Shown: positions 54,208 through 62,663 of the stretch, in pieces
How the letters are laid out: every line of letters begins with the position of its first letter
Position numbering within the stretch: the first letter of the stretch is position 1
NCBI GenBank assembly: GCA_963710065.1
Contig: CAVPYU010000005.1
Coordinates: 491,053-555,052 of the forward strand
From: an uncultured Thermoleophilia bacterium
GTDB taxonomy: Bacteria; Actinomycetota; Thermoleophilia; Solirubrobacterales; CAVPYU01
Length of the DNA: 64,000 bases
Reading direction: 5' to 3'
Translations under genes and position numbers: made by a program
The notes under the pieces: generated by a model
Seen by the model: only the letters and a program-made list of their open reading frames with translations
Databases searched by the model: none
Told to the model about the DNA's origin: nothing

Positions 54208-54897
54208 GCTTGGCTCGTTAGAGGTCTTTCGGTCCCGTTGCCGGCCCCGACCCAACGGCTTCCTCCAACCGTTGCAAGCGCTTGGATATTCCTCCAGCTT
54301 TTCAGCAACATCCAGAACCGGATGTTGGCTCATCATCGGAAGTCCAGTGTCGGTCCGGTAGGAAATGAATTTTCTGGCCATTGCTCCGACGATCAGTGTC
54401 ATGAATCCGATGCCGACGACCATTATGAACACTGCTATCAACTGGCCCGCAACCGTGTGCGGCACAACATCTCCGTATCCGACGGTCGCCATTGTCTGGA
54501 TCGAAAGCCACACACCGGTCCAGGTCGATTCATAGTCTTCTGCAAGCTTTAACGCTACTCCCCCTCCCAATGCAACCAAGACCGTCATAATCGCCGCAAA
54601 CCTGATCCCGCTTGGTGTAAAAATCCTCCACATCAGCCTCTGATTCAACCTCAATAGCGCAAAGAGCTGCAAGACCCTCAAGAGCTTCAGGCTGTTCATG
54701 CTGGCCGGCAACGCTGGAAAGGTCAAAACGACAATCAGTATCAACAGCGGAGCATGCTTTAAAACATCCCGGTGAGTGCGAGCGGCGACCAGGATCAGCG
54801 CTAGGTAGAGCGCGAATATCGCCCAGATGGCCCAGTCGAGCATGCCTGCGATATCTTTTGTTGAAGCGTCGCGCGCCACATCTTCCATAACGACCAC
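54076..54897 (-). CDS. Potassium channel (voltage-sensor-like TMs + pore with TVGYGD filter)
   Basis: 273-aa ORF with the selectivity filter TMATVGYGDVVP. An S4-like segment LKLLRVLQLFALLRLNQRLMW is present. The last ~45 codons look out of frame (see findings), and an alternative stop lies at 54218-54220. Confidence 0.85.
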   Translation of the reverse strand: MVVMEDVARDASTKDIAGMLDWAIWAIFALYLALILVAARTHRDVLKHAPLLILIVVLTFPALPASMNSLKLLRVLQLFALLRLNQRLMWRIFTPSGIRFAAIMTVLVALGGGVALKLAEDYESTWTGVWLSIQTMATVGYGDVVPHTVAGQLIAVFIMVVGIGFMTLIVGAMARKFISYRTDTGLPMMSQHPVLDVAEKLEEYPSACNGWRKPLGRGRQRDRKTSNEPSLVVVVKRLVQALTEGEVPRALTTECDRLTLGFGRVGEGRCASR

Positions 54898-55006
54898 CGG
54901 TATCGCTGCCAGCGCAGCGATCGAGCACCAGTATTCGGAATCGTTTCTCTATCTGCTGCAGGTTCATGTTTGCAGAGGTGTTCTTCGACGCCTCTGTGCT
55001 CAATCC

Positions 55007-56095
55007 CTAGCCGGCTGTTGGCTGAGCGGCGTGCGATACGGCGGTGGGCACAGCTAACTGTTTCTCCTGGTTGATCATGTATCTGACCGATACGAGGAGA
55101 ATCAGGTTCACTGCCAAGCCAAATACCGCGGCAAACTGCGACTCGGCAAGGATGAACACCTGGGTTATAAATATCGAAATCAGCAGCCCACGGTCAAACA
55201 TCTGATATGCACTCAATCGTGATTCTTTCAGCCGCCTGACACCTACCAGAATGAATAGCCCTGACACCAGAGATGAGACGATCGCAGCCCACGCAATAAA
55301 TGAGAGGTTTTCAGCGTGGTCGAATGTGGCCTGAACGATCTCCTCAGCATTGAGCCCGACCAGGGAAGCGCCGGTGAACAGGATGATCGAAACTATTTGG
55401 ATCACGGCCTGAACGGCGTAGAGAACGAAGACGGCCGTCACCACCTTGGTAAACCATTGCGTCTCAGTGATCCGCTTATAAAAGGACTCCAACCGCATGG
55501 CGATCCTTTTGGTTTTCGGCGGCTTGGGGTCGGGCTCTGCCTTGAAACTTTCGAGCAGGGCTCGAGTAGGCTCATACAACGGGTTGGCATGATCCGCTCT
55601 TTCGAGTAATTCGAGGGCATGACGCTTGTTGGATCGATCGATCCCATGAATCGCCCCATCCTTGACGAACTCGAGGGCATTGGCAAGGTTTTCTCGAGGG
55701 GAGAAACCACGGTTGTGCTGAAGGTGTCTGGTGCCCAGATAGATGACAATGAAAATGATGTAGATCAGGGCTGCAGTCGGTTGGAAAAAGTAGTCGTTGT
55801 CCTTGGTAATGAACTTACCCAGCTCGTCGATAAAGAAGCCGAACCCTATGCCACCGACCACTGCACCAAAGGTACGTATCGATCTGCCTATAAACGACAC
55901 CATGACAATGATCGCAATCATCATCAGAAGGCCACCCCACAGCATGTGGGCGATGTGCAGCTTCCCCGTCGACAGTTGCGGGTAATTGGTTAACCAAAGC
56001 TGAAAACGGATGACAAGCACGGTGCCGACGGCAAGTACAAGGAATGTATCGGTCATGCTTCCTATGTCTACGTTTCTAACCGGTAGGCGCATCAC
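55007..56095 (-). CDS. Integral membrane protein, unknown function
   Basis: 362 aa with about 8 hydrophobic segments split by a ~90-aa soluble loop (RENLANALEFVKDGAIHGIDRSNKRHALELLERADHANPLYEPTRALLESF). No family was recognised. Confidence 0.6.
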   Translation of the reverse strand: MMRLPVRNVDIGSMTDTFLVLAVGTVLVIRFQLWLTNYPQLSTGKLHIAHMLWGGLLMMIAIIVMVSFIGRSIRTFGAVVGGIGFGFFIDELGKFITKDNDYFFQPTAALIYIIFIVIYLGTRHLQHNRGFSPRENLANALEFVKDGAIHGIDRSNKRHALELLERADHANPLYEPTRALLESFKAEPDPKPPKTKRIAMRLESFYKRITETQWFTKVVTAVFVLYAVQAVIQIVSIILFTGASLVGLNAEEIVQATFDHAENLSFIAWAAIVSSLVSGLFILVGVRRLKESRLSAYQMFDRGLLISIFITQVFILAESQFAAVFGLAVNLILLVSVRYMINQEKQLAVPTAVSHAAQPTAG

Positions 56096-56181
56096 CTAGG
56101 ACTTCTTCCTGTTTTACTAAAAGCCTCTCACGCAATAAGATGCGATACCAAGTTCATGAGCTAGCCGGAGGTGCAATCTAG

Positions 56182-56652
56182 ATGTCAAATGCCGATCTTC
56201 ATACAACGCATGGAAAGATTTCCATCGAGTTCTTCGAGGAGGATGCCCCGAAAACCGTTGAGAACTTCCACAAACTTGCATCGGACGGTTTCTACAATGG
56301 GCTTACATTTCACAGGGTGATTCCCGACTTCATGATCCAGGCAGGCTGTCCAGAGGGAACGGGTACTGGTGGCCCGGGCTACACGTTTGAGGACGAGATC
56401 AACGACCGCCTGATCGTCAAGGGCGCCCTTGCAATGGCAAACGCCGGTCCAAACACCAACGGCTCGCAGTTCTTCATCGTCACCGCAGACGAATGCTCCT
56501 GGCTGGACGGCAAGCACACCGTGTTCGGTGAAGTAACCGACGGGATGGATGCGGTTGCCTCGATTAATAAGACATCCACGGGTGCCGGCGATCGACCCGA
56601 TGAGCCGGTGATCATAGAGCGAGTGGAGATACAGTTCTCTGACTCAGAGTAG
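56182..56652 (+). CDS. ppiB: Peptidyl-prolyl cis-trans isomerase, cyclophilin type
   Basis: 156 aa with FHRVIPDFMIQAGCP, GALAMANAGPNTNGSQFFI and LDGKHTVFGEV. Confidence 0.93.
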   Translation: MSNADLHTTHGKISIEFFEEDAPKTVENFHKLASDGFYNGLTFHRVIPDFMIQAGCPEGTGTGGPGYTFEDEINDRLIVKGALAMANAGPNTNGSQFFIVTADECSWLDGKHTVFGEVTDGMDAVASINKTSTGAGDRPDEPVIIERVEIQFSDSE

Positions 56653-56709
56653 AGCTTCCGCGACGCCAAGGGCCCGAGAGCCGATCTTTTTCGCATAGGA
56701 GGGAGATAC

Positions 56710-57912
56710 ATGTATAAGTTCTTCAAAGACGACGACTTCAACTTCTCAACGCATATTGCTCTCGGTGCCGCCTACTACAAGGGCGCAGATATCGGCGAGG
56801 TTTTGTCCACCGTCTCCCGGATTAAAAACGGTGACAACGAGGGTTGGTACCGGGAATGGTTTGAAACAGCAGACCGAGTCAGATCGATCGCAGAAGAAAG
56901 CGAGTGCAAGGGGCATCGCATAAGTGCCCGCGAGGCGTACCTCCGCGCATCGACCTATTACAACCAGGCGGTGTTTTTTCTAACAGGGACCAGCGACCCA
57001 TTGCGCATTCTCCCAACATGGAAGGTTCATCGTGAGTGCTTCGAAAAAGCCGGCTCTAATTTTGACCCTCCTTTCGAAAAGGTCGAGATCCCCTATGAAG
57101 GCACAAAACTCGTCGGCTACTTTTTCAGCTGCGACGACTCAGGTGAACGTCGCCCCCTCATTATCCTGAACAACGGCAGCGACGGATCTGTAACCGAGAT
57201 GTACGTGCAGGGCGGTGCCGGTGCACTGGCACGGGGATACAACTGCCTTACCTTTGATGGCCCAGGGCAAGGCCATGCCTTACGCATTCAAGATCTCTAC
57301 TTCCGCCCCGATTGGGAAAAGGTGATCACACCGGTCGTCAATTATGCAGTGACTCGCGCTGATGTGGATCCCGAGCGAATTACGCTGCACGGTGTCAGTC
57401 AGGCCGGATACTGGGTTCCACGAGCAGTGGCTTTTGAGCACCGGATTGCTGCAGCTATTGCCGACCCGGGCGTGATGGACGTCTCAACCACCTGGAAGGA
57501 CAGGCTTCCGAAGGGGATGCTGAAAACTCCTGGATTCGGGAGAAAAAGAGAAGTTTGACAAGAAAGTGAACTTCGTAGAACACTTTGCCAAGGGTATGAG
57601 GGGCGAGCTCGAGACTTCCGAATGGCTCCCTTCGGGGTTACAGACTCGCTTTATGATGTGGTTAAGCTAGCCGAGCAGTACAACCTTAAAGACTGTGTCG
57701 ATCGGATCGAATGTCCGATGTTGATAACCGATCCAGATGGTGAGCAGTTCTGGCCCGGCCAGTCGAAGGAACTCTACGATGCTCTGCGGGGCCCTAAGAA
57801 GCTGGTGAAATTCTCTGATCGTGAGGGCGGGTACTACCACTGCGAGCCGGTTGCCCTGGGTCTACGTGATCAGCGAGTCTTTGACTGGCTCGAAAAGACA
57901 CTTGGCTCTTGA
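56710..57912 (+). pseudogene. Alpha/beta-hydrolase gene with two frameshifts
   Basis: ORF 56710-57558 carries the nucleophile elbow HGVSQAGYW. After the A4 run 57523-57526 the adjacent frame continues KLLDSGEKEKFDKKVNFVEHFAKGMRGELET. A second shift near 57616 joins FRMAPFGVTDSLYDVVKLAEQYNL...ECPMLITDPDGEQFW...GYYHCEP (ORF 57622-57912), which holds the Asp and His regions of the triad. Confidence 0.65.
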
Positions 57913-58697
57913 AAATACCTGTCTATCTAGTCGATGCTTTCACCGGTAAGGAATCGACCGGCAATCCAGCGGCGGTGTGTCCGTTGGGCGACTGGCTGGA
58001 AGAAGGGACGATGCAGGAGATCGCTGCGGATATCGGTCTCTCGGAAACTGCGTTTTTTGTAAAAAGTGGCAACGTATTCAACCTGAGATGGTTCACACCG
58101 ACGACTGAGGTGGACCTATGTGGCCACGCCACCCTGGCAAGCGCCTTTGTTATCTTTACCCAGCTCGATCCGGACTGTAGTGAGACGGTCTTTCAAACCC
58201 AGAGCGGGCAGCTTTCAGTCGTACAAAAAGACGATAAGTTTGTGATGGACTTTCCCGCACGACCACCTCAGCCGATCTCCCCTCCCCCCGGCCTGCTCGA
58301 AGCGCTCGGTGGATCACCGACAGAGGTTCTTGCGGCGCGTGACTATCTCGTTATCTATGGATCAGATCAAGAGATTAGGAATCTAGATCCCGACATACCG
58401 GCCCTGTCTGAAATCGATCGCGCGGTGATCGTAACCGCCCCGGGAGTGAAGTTCGACTGCGTTTCCCGTTTTTTCGCCCCGACCATGGGTGTCTCTGAGG
58501 ACCCGGCTACAGGATCGGCTCATTGCACCATCGCGCCTTACTGGGCAGAGCACCTGGGAAAACAGACAGTTCATGCCTATCAAGCTTCAGCTCGTGGTGG
58601 CGAGCTCGATTGCGAATACGTTGGCGACCGAGTCCATATCGCCGGATCGTGCATGCTTCATTCGAAGACTGAGATAGAGATCCCAGCTTCTAACTGA
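57909..58697 (+). CDS. PhzF-family isomerase
   Basis: 262 aa with a TTG start overlapping the previous stop. VDAFTGKESTGNPAAV, SETAFFV, FTPTTEVDLCGHATLA and DPATGSAHC are PhzF-family motifs. Confidence 0.88.
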   Translation: MKIPVYLVDAFTGKESTGNPAAVCPLGDWLEEGTMQEIAADIGLSETAFFVKSGNVFNLRWFTPTTEVDLCGHATLASAFVIFTQLDPDCSETVFQTQSGQLSVVQKDDKFVMDFPARPPQPISPPPGLLEALGGSPTEVLAARDYLVIYGSDQEIRNLDPDIPALSEIDRAVIVTAPGVKFDCVSRFFAPTMGVSEDPATGSAHCTIAPYWAEHLGKQTVHAYQASARGGELDCEYVGDRVHIAGSCMLHSKTEIEIPASN

Positions 58698-58764
58698 CTG
58701 AAACACAACAACAAATTATTCAAGAATCGGGGTATTCTGTAGCTAGGCCGATAAAGGTGTCAGG

Positions 58765-60030
58765 ATGACAAGTTACTGGCGAACGGGATTCGCGATAACC
58801 GGATCGATTGGGGCTCTAATATTGCCCGCTGAGATCGCGTCGGCCGGCCCTCTGGACAGCACCGCACCATCGCCAGGCACATCGCCCACATACGTCTCGT
58901 TAAAGAGCGCAAGCTCAAAGGGTGTCTACGGAAATAAAGTCAGCTTCTCCTCGAGGCTTTCCTCATTTGGTAAAGCATTAAAGGGAAGACATATCAACTT
59001 CTATAGACAGACAGATATCGGGATCTGGAAACTGATCTCCCGTGCAAAGACCGGATCATCGGGAAAGGCTCGCTTCAAAGCGAAACATTCAAGTGAGGCG
59101 AGCTACGCTGCAGCGTTTTCACCGACAGGTGAGGACCTGGGCGAATACTCGCAGTCCGAGAGCAACGAAATAGACCTGAAGGTGAGCCCTTCGATCGCGA
59201 TGAGCGTAGGGAAGGCCGTGCGTGGTGCGATTCCGGGACAACGAGTTCGCGTAAGAGGAAAGATCAAGCCGAGTGGGCTAAATGCGCAGATAAAGGTCCG
59301 TGTATATAGAAACGGCCGCAAGATCTATGTGCGCAAGGTCCAACTGAAAAACAGTCGATATAAATACTCCTTCAAAGCAAATCGAACAGGCAGGTATCGG
59401 GTCTCTGCATCTTCAAAGGCCGCCCCAGGATTTGTCAGCGGTAAATCCCGAACGAGAATATTCCGAACCGTCTATCCAACCCTTGCACCGGGGTCAAAAG
59501 GACCTGCCGTGAGCCTTCTGCAGCGACGTTTGAAAAGATTGCATTACTGGGTATCAGTAACTGGGCTCTACGACGGTGCGACCTCTCGTGCTGTGCTGGC
59601 CTTTCGCAAGGTAACCGGCATGACCCGAACCAATGACGTAAATACAGCCGTGTGGAAGAAGATTGGCCGCGGCGCCGGCCGGTTCAAACTGCGTCACAAC
59701 CGAAAAGGCAGATATGTTGAGGCCGACTTATCGCGCCAAGTCCTGGTACTAGCAAGCAACGGGAGCGTGTACCGAATACTCCACACCTCGAGCGGGGCGC
59801 CGGCATCACCTACCGTTCAGGGTACGTTCAGCGTCTATTCACACACTCCTGGGTCCAACGCAAAGAGCATGTACTACTCGGTCTACTTCATACGAGGATA
59901 CGCGATCCACGGCTACCCGTCAGTACCGCCGTACCCGGCCAGTCACGGTTGCCTTAGAATTCCCAATGAAAACGCGGTCGCTGTGCACAACTGGCTGAGA
60001 AGCGGTGACAAGATAACTGTCTATGGGTGA
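58765..60030 (+). CDS. L,D-transpeptidase (YkuD) with PG-binding domain and two N-terminal basic Ig-like modules
   Basis: 421 aa with a signal peptide. The PG_binding_1-like segment is GSKGPAVSLLQRRLKRLHYWVSVTGLYDGATSRAVLAFRK. The catalytic motif is IHGYPSVPPYPASHGCLRI. The N-terminal modules end ...SGKARFKAKHSSEASYAAAF...IDLKV and ...TGRYRVSASSKAAPGFVSGKSRTRIFRTV. Confidence 0.88.
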   Translation: MTSYWRTGFAITGSIGALILPAEIASAGPLDSTAPSPGTSPTYVSLKSASSKGVYGNKVSFSSRLSSFGKALKGRHINFYRQTDIGIWKLISRAKTGSSGKARFKAKHSSEASYAAAFSPTGEDLGEYSQSESNEIDLKVSPSIAMSVGKAVRGAIPGQRVRVRGKIKPSGLNAQIKVRVYRNGRKIYVRKVQLKNSRYKYSFKANRTGRYRVSASSKAAPGFVSGKSRTRIFRTVYPTLAPGSKGPAVSLLQRRLKRLHYWVSVTGLYDGATSRAVLAFRKVTGMTRTNDVNTAVWKKIGRGAGRFKLRHNRKGRYVEADLSRQVLVLASNGSVYRILHTSSGAPASPTVQGTFSVYSHTPGSNAKSMYYSVYFIRGYAIHGYPSVPPYPASHGCLRIPNENAVAVHNWLRSGDKITVYG

Positions 60031-61496
60031 TACCCGTGATTGTTCTGTTCTGATGGAGTAGCTCGCGGCACTTCCTGAAGCTCGCTACTAAGCCACTTTA
60101 CATTTGATGCCGAAGAGGAGATTATTTTATCCGGCCCAGAGTCTGTCGATATTGCAACCTGCTCTACATTTTCAGGGTCGGTCTTTTCCGGAGTCAAAGC
60201 CACAGCAATGTCTGGAAAGTTTCCACAGGGACCATCGGGGGTGTTGCCGTTCTGCGCGCTTTCATATGGGGGCGCCGGATTACCGCGTGGAGGTGGATCT
60301 TCAGATGGGGGTCCAGGAGCCTCCCCCAGATGCTGCATGTCATCCCCCGAGCCGTCTGACGAGATTGGTGGGGCGGGCGGGCCATCCAAGCCCGAGGCGA
60401 CAGCATCTTCGTCGCCACCTGGCCCAGATCTCTGCACACGGTTGTGATCGCTCTTGGGATCCGATAGATCGTTCCCGGTTGGCTCTGGAACTCGATTTTC
60501 AGGATTAATGGCGTCGAGGCCAGTCGGCTGCCGCTCCTTCGAAATCTCTTCAAACCGCGGCTTTGTTGCTTCAAGCCCACCTACAGGCATGACCTGCACA
60601 ACGGGATTGGATTTTTGCACAACTGCACGATCCGTGGATGCTGAATCATCGCCAAGCAACGATCCAAGCGGAGCTGTCGAGAGAGCGACGACCATCGTGC
60701 CTGCAACGAGTGGCGTCGATGCCTGTTGCGTGAGAGACTCCAGGCTCTGTCGAAGATCGCCGCCAAGCCAATCTCGCAACACCGATGCCTTTGACCTCAG
60801 CGCTGCCAGTAATCCAGACTGCCCGTCGTGGTTACTAGCAAACTTATATTCTGCGCCTATAGCTGGCACGTAACCAGCCACCGAATCGGTGCCGTTTTCC
60901 ACGATCGATCTCACGCGGTGACGCGCTCGGTTCAGCAGCATCCGGACCGAGTCGGTGGAGCGGTCCATCCGGCTGGCTATCTCCTCGTAGCCGAGGCCCC
61001 TAAATTCGGCGAGCAGAAATGCGCGCCTTTGACTTGGGATCAGGTCGTCTACGGCATCGGCCAGCTGCTTCCATTTCTCTTTGTGCTCGATGTCCTCGAA
61101 GGGTGATTTTTCATATAAGTACGGGAGCTGCTTGTCGGAAAACCTCTCGTACAGTCTGGGAAGCTCATCGTCGATCGACTTGTGATCGGTTTTACCTTTG
61201 TGATGATCAAAGGCTAGGTTGCGTATGCAGCGAGTCAGGAACGCAGCCTCGTTATGTATGTGAGTTCCACGATCTATCGCGGCAAGGGTGTTGGCAAACG
61301 CCTGCTGGACTATGTCCTGCGCCAGCTCCGACGAGCCAACCAGGCTGCCGGCGTATGTACAGAAGCCATCGAACTCCTTTTCGTACACGCGAAGAACAGA
61401 CGCGTGCCCGTCATCTTTTTCCAGGGCTTGGCCTGGCAATGCCTTGGCACCGTTAGTAGCTACAGGGTTACTTTTTACTCCGGCATGTGGGGACAT
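60021..61496 (-). CDS. ECF-type sigma-70 family factor with a ~290-aa C-terminal extension containing one TM helix (membrane-tethered sigma)
   Basis: GGAGG lies 5 nt before ATG 61496. Region 2 is SSELAQDIVQQAFANTLAAID...FLTRCIRNLAFDHHK. Region 4 is LIPSQRRAFLLAEFRGLGYEEIASRMDRSTDSVRMLLNRARHRV. A hydrophobic STPLVAGTMVVALSTAPLGSLL follows, then a Pro/Asp/Ser-rich tail. No separate anti-sigma gene is adjacent. Confidence 0.8.
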   Translation of the reverse strand: MSPHAGVKSNPVATNGAKALPGQALEKDDGHASVLRVYEKEFDGFCTYAGSLVGSSELAQDIVQQAFANTLAAIDRGTHIHNEAAFLTRCIRNLAFDHHKGKTDHKSIDDELPRLYERFSDKQLPYLYEKSPFEDIEHKEKWKQLADAVDDLIPSQRRAFLLAEFRGLGYEEIASRMDRSTDSVRMLLNRARHRVRSIVENGTDSVAGYVPAIGAEYKFASNHDGQSGLLAALRSKASVLRDWLGGDLRQSLESLTQQASTPLVAGTMVVALSTAPLGSLLGDDSASTDRAVVQKSNPVVQVMPVGGLEATKPRFEEISKERQPTGLDAINPENRVPEPTGNDLSDPKSDHNRVQRSGPGGDEDAVASGLDGPPAPPISSDGSGDDMQHLGEAPGPPSEDPPPRGNPAPPYESAQNGNTPDGPCGNFPDIAVALTPEKTDPENVEQVAISTDSGPDKIISSSASNVKWLSSELQEVPRATPSEQNNHGYHP

Positions 61497-61551
61497 CCTT
61501 GCCTCCGTGCGTTTTCGGCGTATCAAGCCGTTTTTGACACTTCATACCACC

Positions 61552-61576
61552 GACGATCGAAGGCCCCCAACGTTTC
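61552..61576 (-). promoter_or_regulatory. ECF-type promoter motif upstream of the sigma gene (candidate autoregulation)
   Basis: The minus strand reads aaaccGAAACGttgggggccttcgatCGTCGgtgg. GAAAC is at 61576-61572, the spacer is 16 nt, and CGTC is at 61555-61552. It lies about 55 nt upstream of ATG 61496. Confidence 0.55.
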
Positions 61577-61615
61577 GGTTTTTTTCCGTACTTCTGGGAA
61601 CAAACCATTAAAAAC

Positions 61616-61640
61616 GAAACGATAGGCAAAACCATTCGTC
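61616..61640 (+). promoter_or_regulatory. Second copy of the same motif, divergent, upstream of the 61701 secreted-protein gene
   Basis: The plus strand reads aaaacGAAACGataggcaaaaccattCGTCGcccc. GAAAC is at 61616-61620, the spacer is 16 nt, and CGTC is at 61637-61640. It lies 60 nt upstream of ATG 61701. Confidence 0.55.
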
Positions 61641-61700
61641 GCCCCGCTTGAAGCCGTTCATCCAATTGGGATGGACAACTACGTAAGGAGGAGTAAAAAG

Positions 61701-62576
61701 ATGATGCGAAAGCTTTATCTATCACTAATCAGCGGCGTGATGCTGGTGGCTTTCATGGGCCTGAGCTCAAGCGCGCAGGCTGTCGTTTTCCCGGGCTGTG
61801 AGGTGTACGGAAACGAATTCGGCGTTCAGGAGTTCGACCTCGTAACAGATAGCGACCGGGCCTACGACCCGTCAGGATCGGAAGGTGTCGGACTTGCCTG
61901 TGGCGCTGCGCCTGTCTTCCCCTTCGTGGGCGGAGATACTCTGTACGAGAACGCCATAATGACCTATCCGAAAGGTACTCGTTTTACCAATACATCACAA
62001 GTTGCACGCGGGTCTTTCGTGGGTACTTCGTTGACCGGTGCGATCGGCTTCTTGGGCGGTTTTGGAAGTGTGATCGAGGAAGATCCGACCACCATCACAG
62101 CCTATCCTCCGGGAGAGGCAAACGCAGAGCCGTATTGTGACGACAATGTAAATGGTGAAGTAGTTGCCTGCTTCTTTGCGAACTCGCCGGGAATCGGACA
62201 TGGCTGGCAGTCAGTTCGCAAGACGCGAATCGGCGGCCAGACGCGATACCAACTCTGGATCTATCCGATCGTGAGCCTCGTAGGCGACTACACCGTGGCA
62301 AAGATCGACTGGGACTTCTGCACCTACTATGGTAAACCCGGAACAGAACTGTGCGGAAGCGAGGGTGATCTCCCCACAGCCTACAACGGTCATGCATCAG
62401 CGCCTGACTGTTCAAACGGCAGTGGTGTATTCGAGATCTACATTACGAACCGCGGGGGTGACACCTCTGGCACGATAACCCATTGCGAGGCGTGGACGAA
62501 GAGAAACTTCGCCTTCAAGGAAGCACCGGCCCCGGTCGGTGGTGCCGGAAACGGAGCAATCGCAAGTAAGCGCTAG
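61701..62576 (+). CDS. Secreted protein of unknown function
   Basis: AAGGAGGAG lies 7 nt before ATG 61701. The signal peptide is MMRKLYLSLISGVMLVAFMGLSSSAQA. The mature part is Cys-, Gly- and aromatic-rich, and no family was recognised. The track ORF starts at 61671. Confidence 0.65.
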   Translation: MMRKLYLSLISGVMLVAFMGLSSSAQAVVFPGCEVYGNEFGVQEFDLVTDSDRAYDPSGSEGVGLACGAAPVFPFVGGDTLYENAIMTYPKGTRFTNTSQVARGSFVGTSLTGAIGFLGGFGSVIEEDPTTITAYPPGEANAEPYCDDNVNGEVVACFFANSPGIGHGWQSVRKTRIGGQTRYQLWIYPIVSLVGDYTVAKIDWDFCTYYGKPGTELCGSEGDLPTAYNGHASAPDCSNGSGVFEIYITNRGGDTSGTITHCEAWTKRNFAFKEAPAPVGGAGNGAIASKR

Positions 62577-62600
62577 CTTTCAAAACAAATAGTTCAGCGT

Positions 62601-62633
62601 AGAAGAGCCCGCCCAGTGCGGGCTCTTCTTTTT
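62601..62633 (+). terminator. Rho-independent terminator
   Basis: AGAAGAGCCCGC (62601-62612) pairs with GCGGGCTCTTCT (62618-62629) across the loop CCAGT, followed by TTTT. It starts 25 nt after the stop at 62576. Confidence 0.85.
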
Positions 62634-62663
62634 AAATAGTCGAAGGTGCAAATGGTCGTAGGC

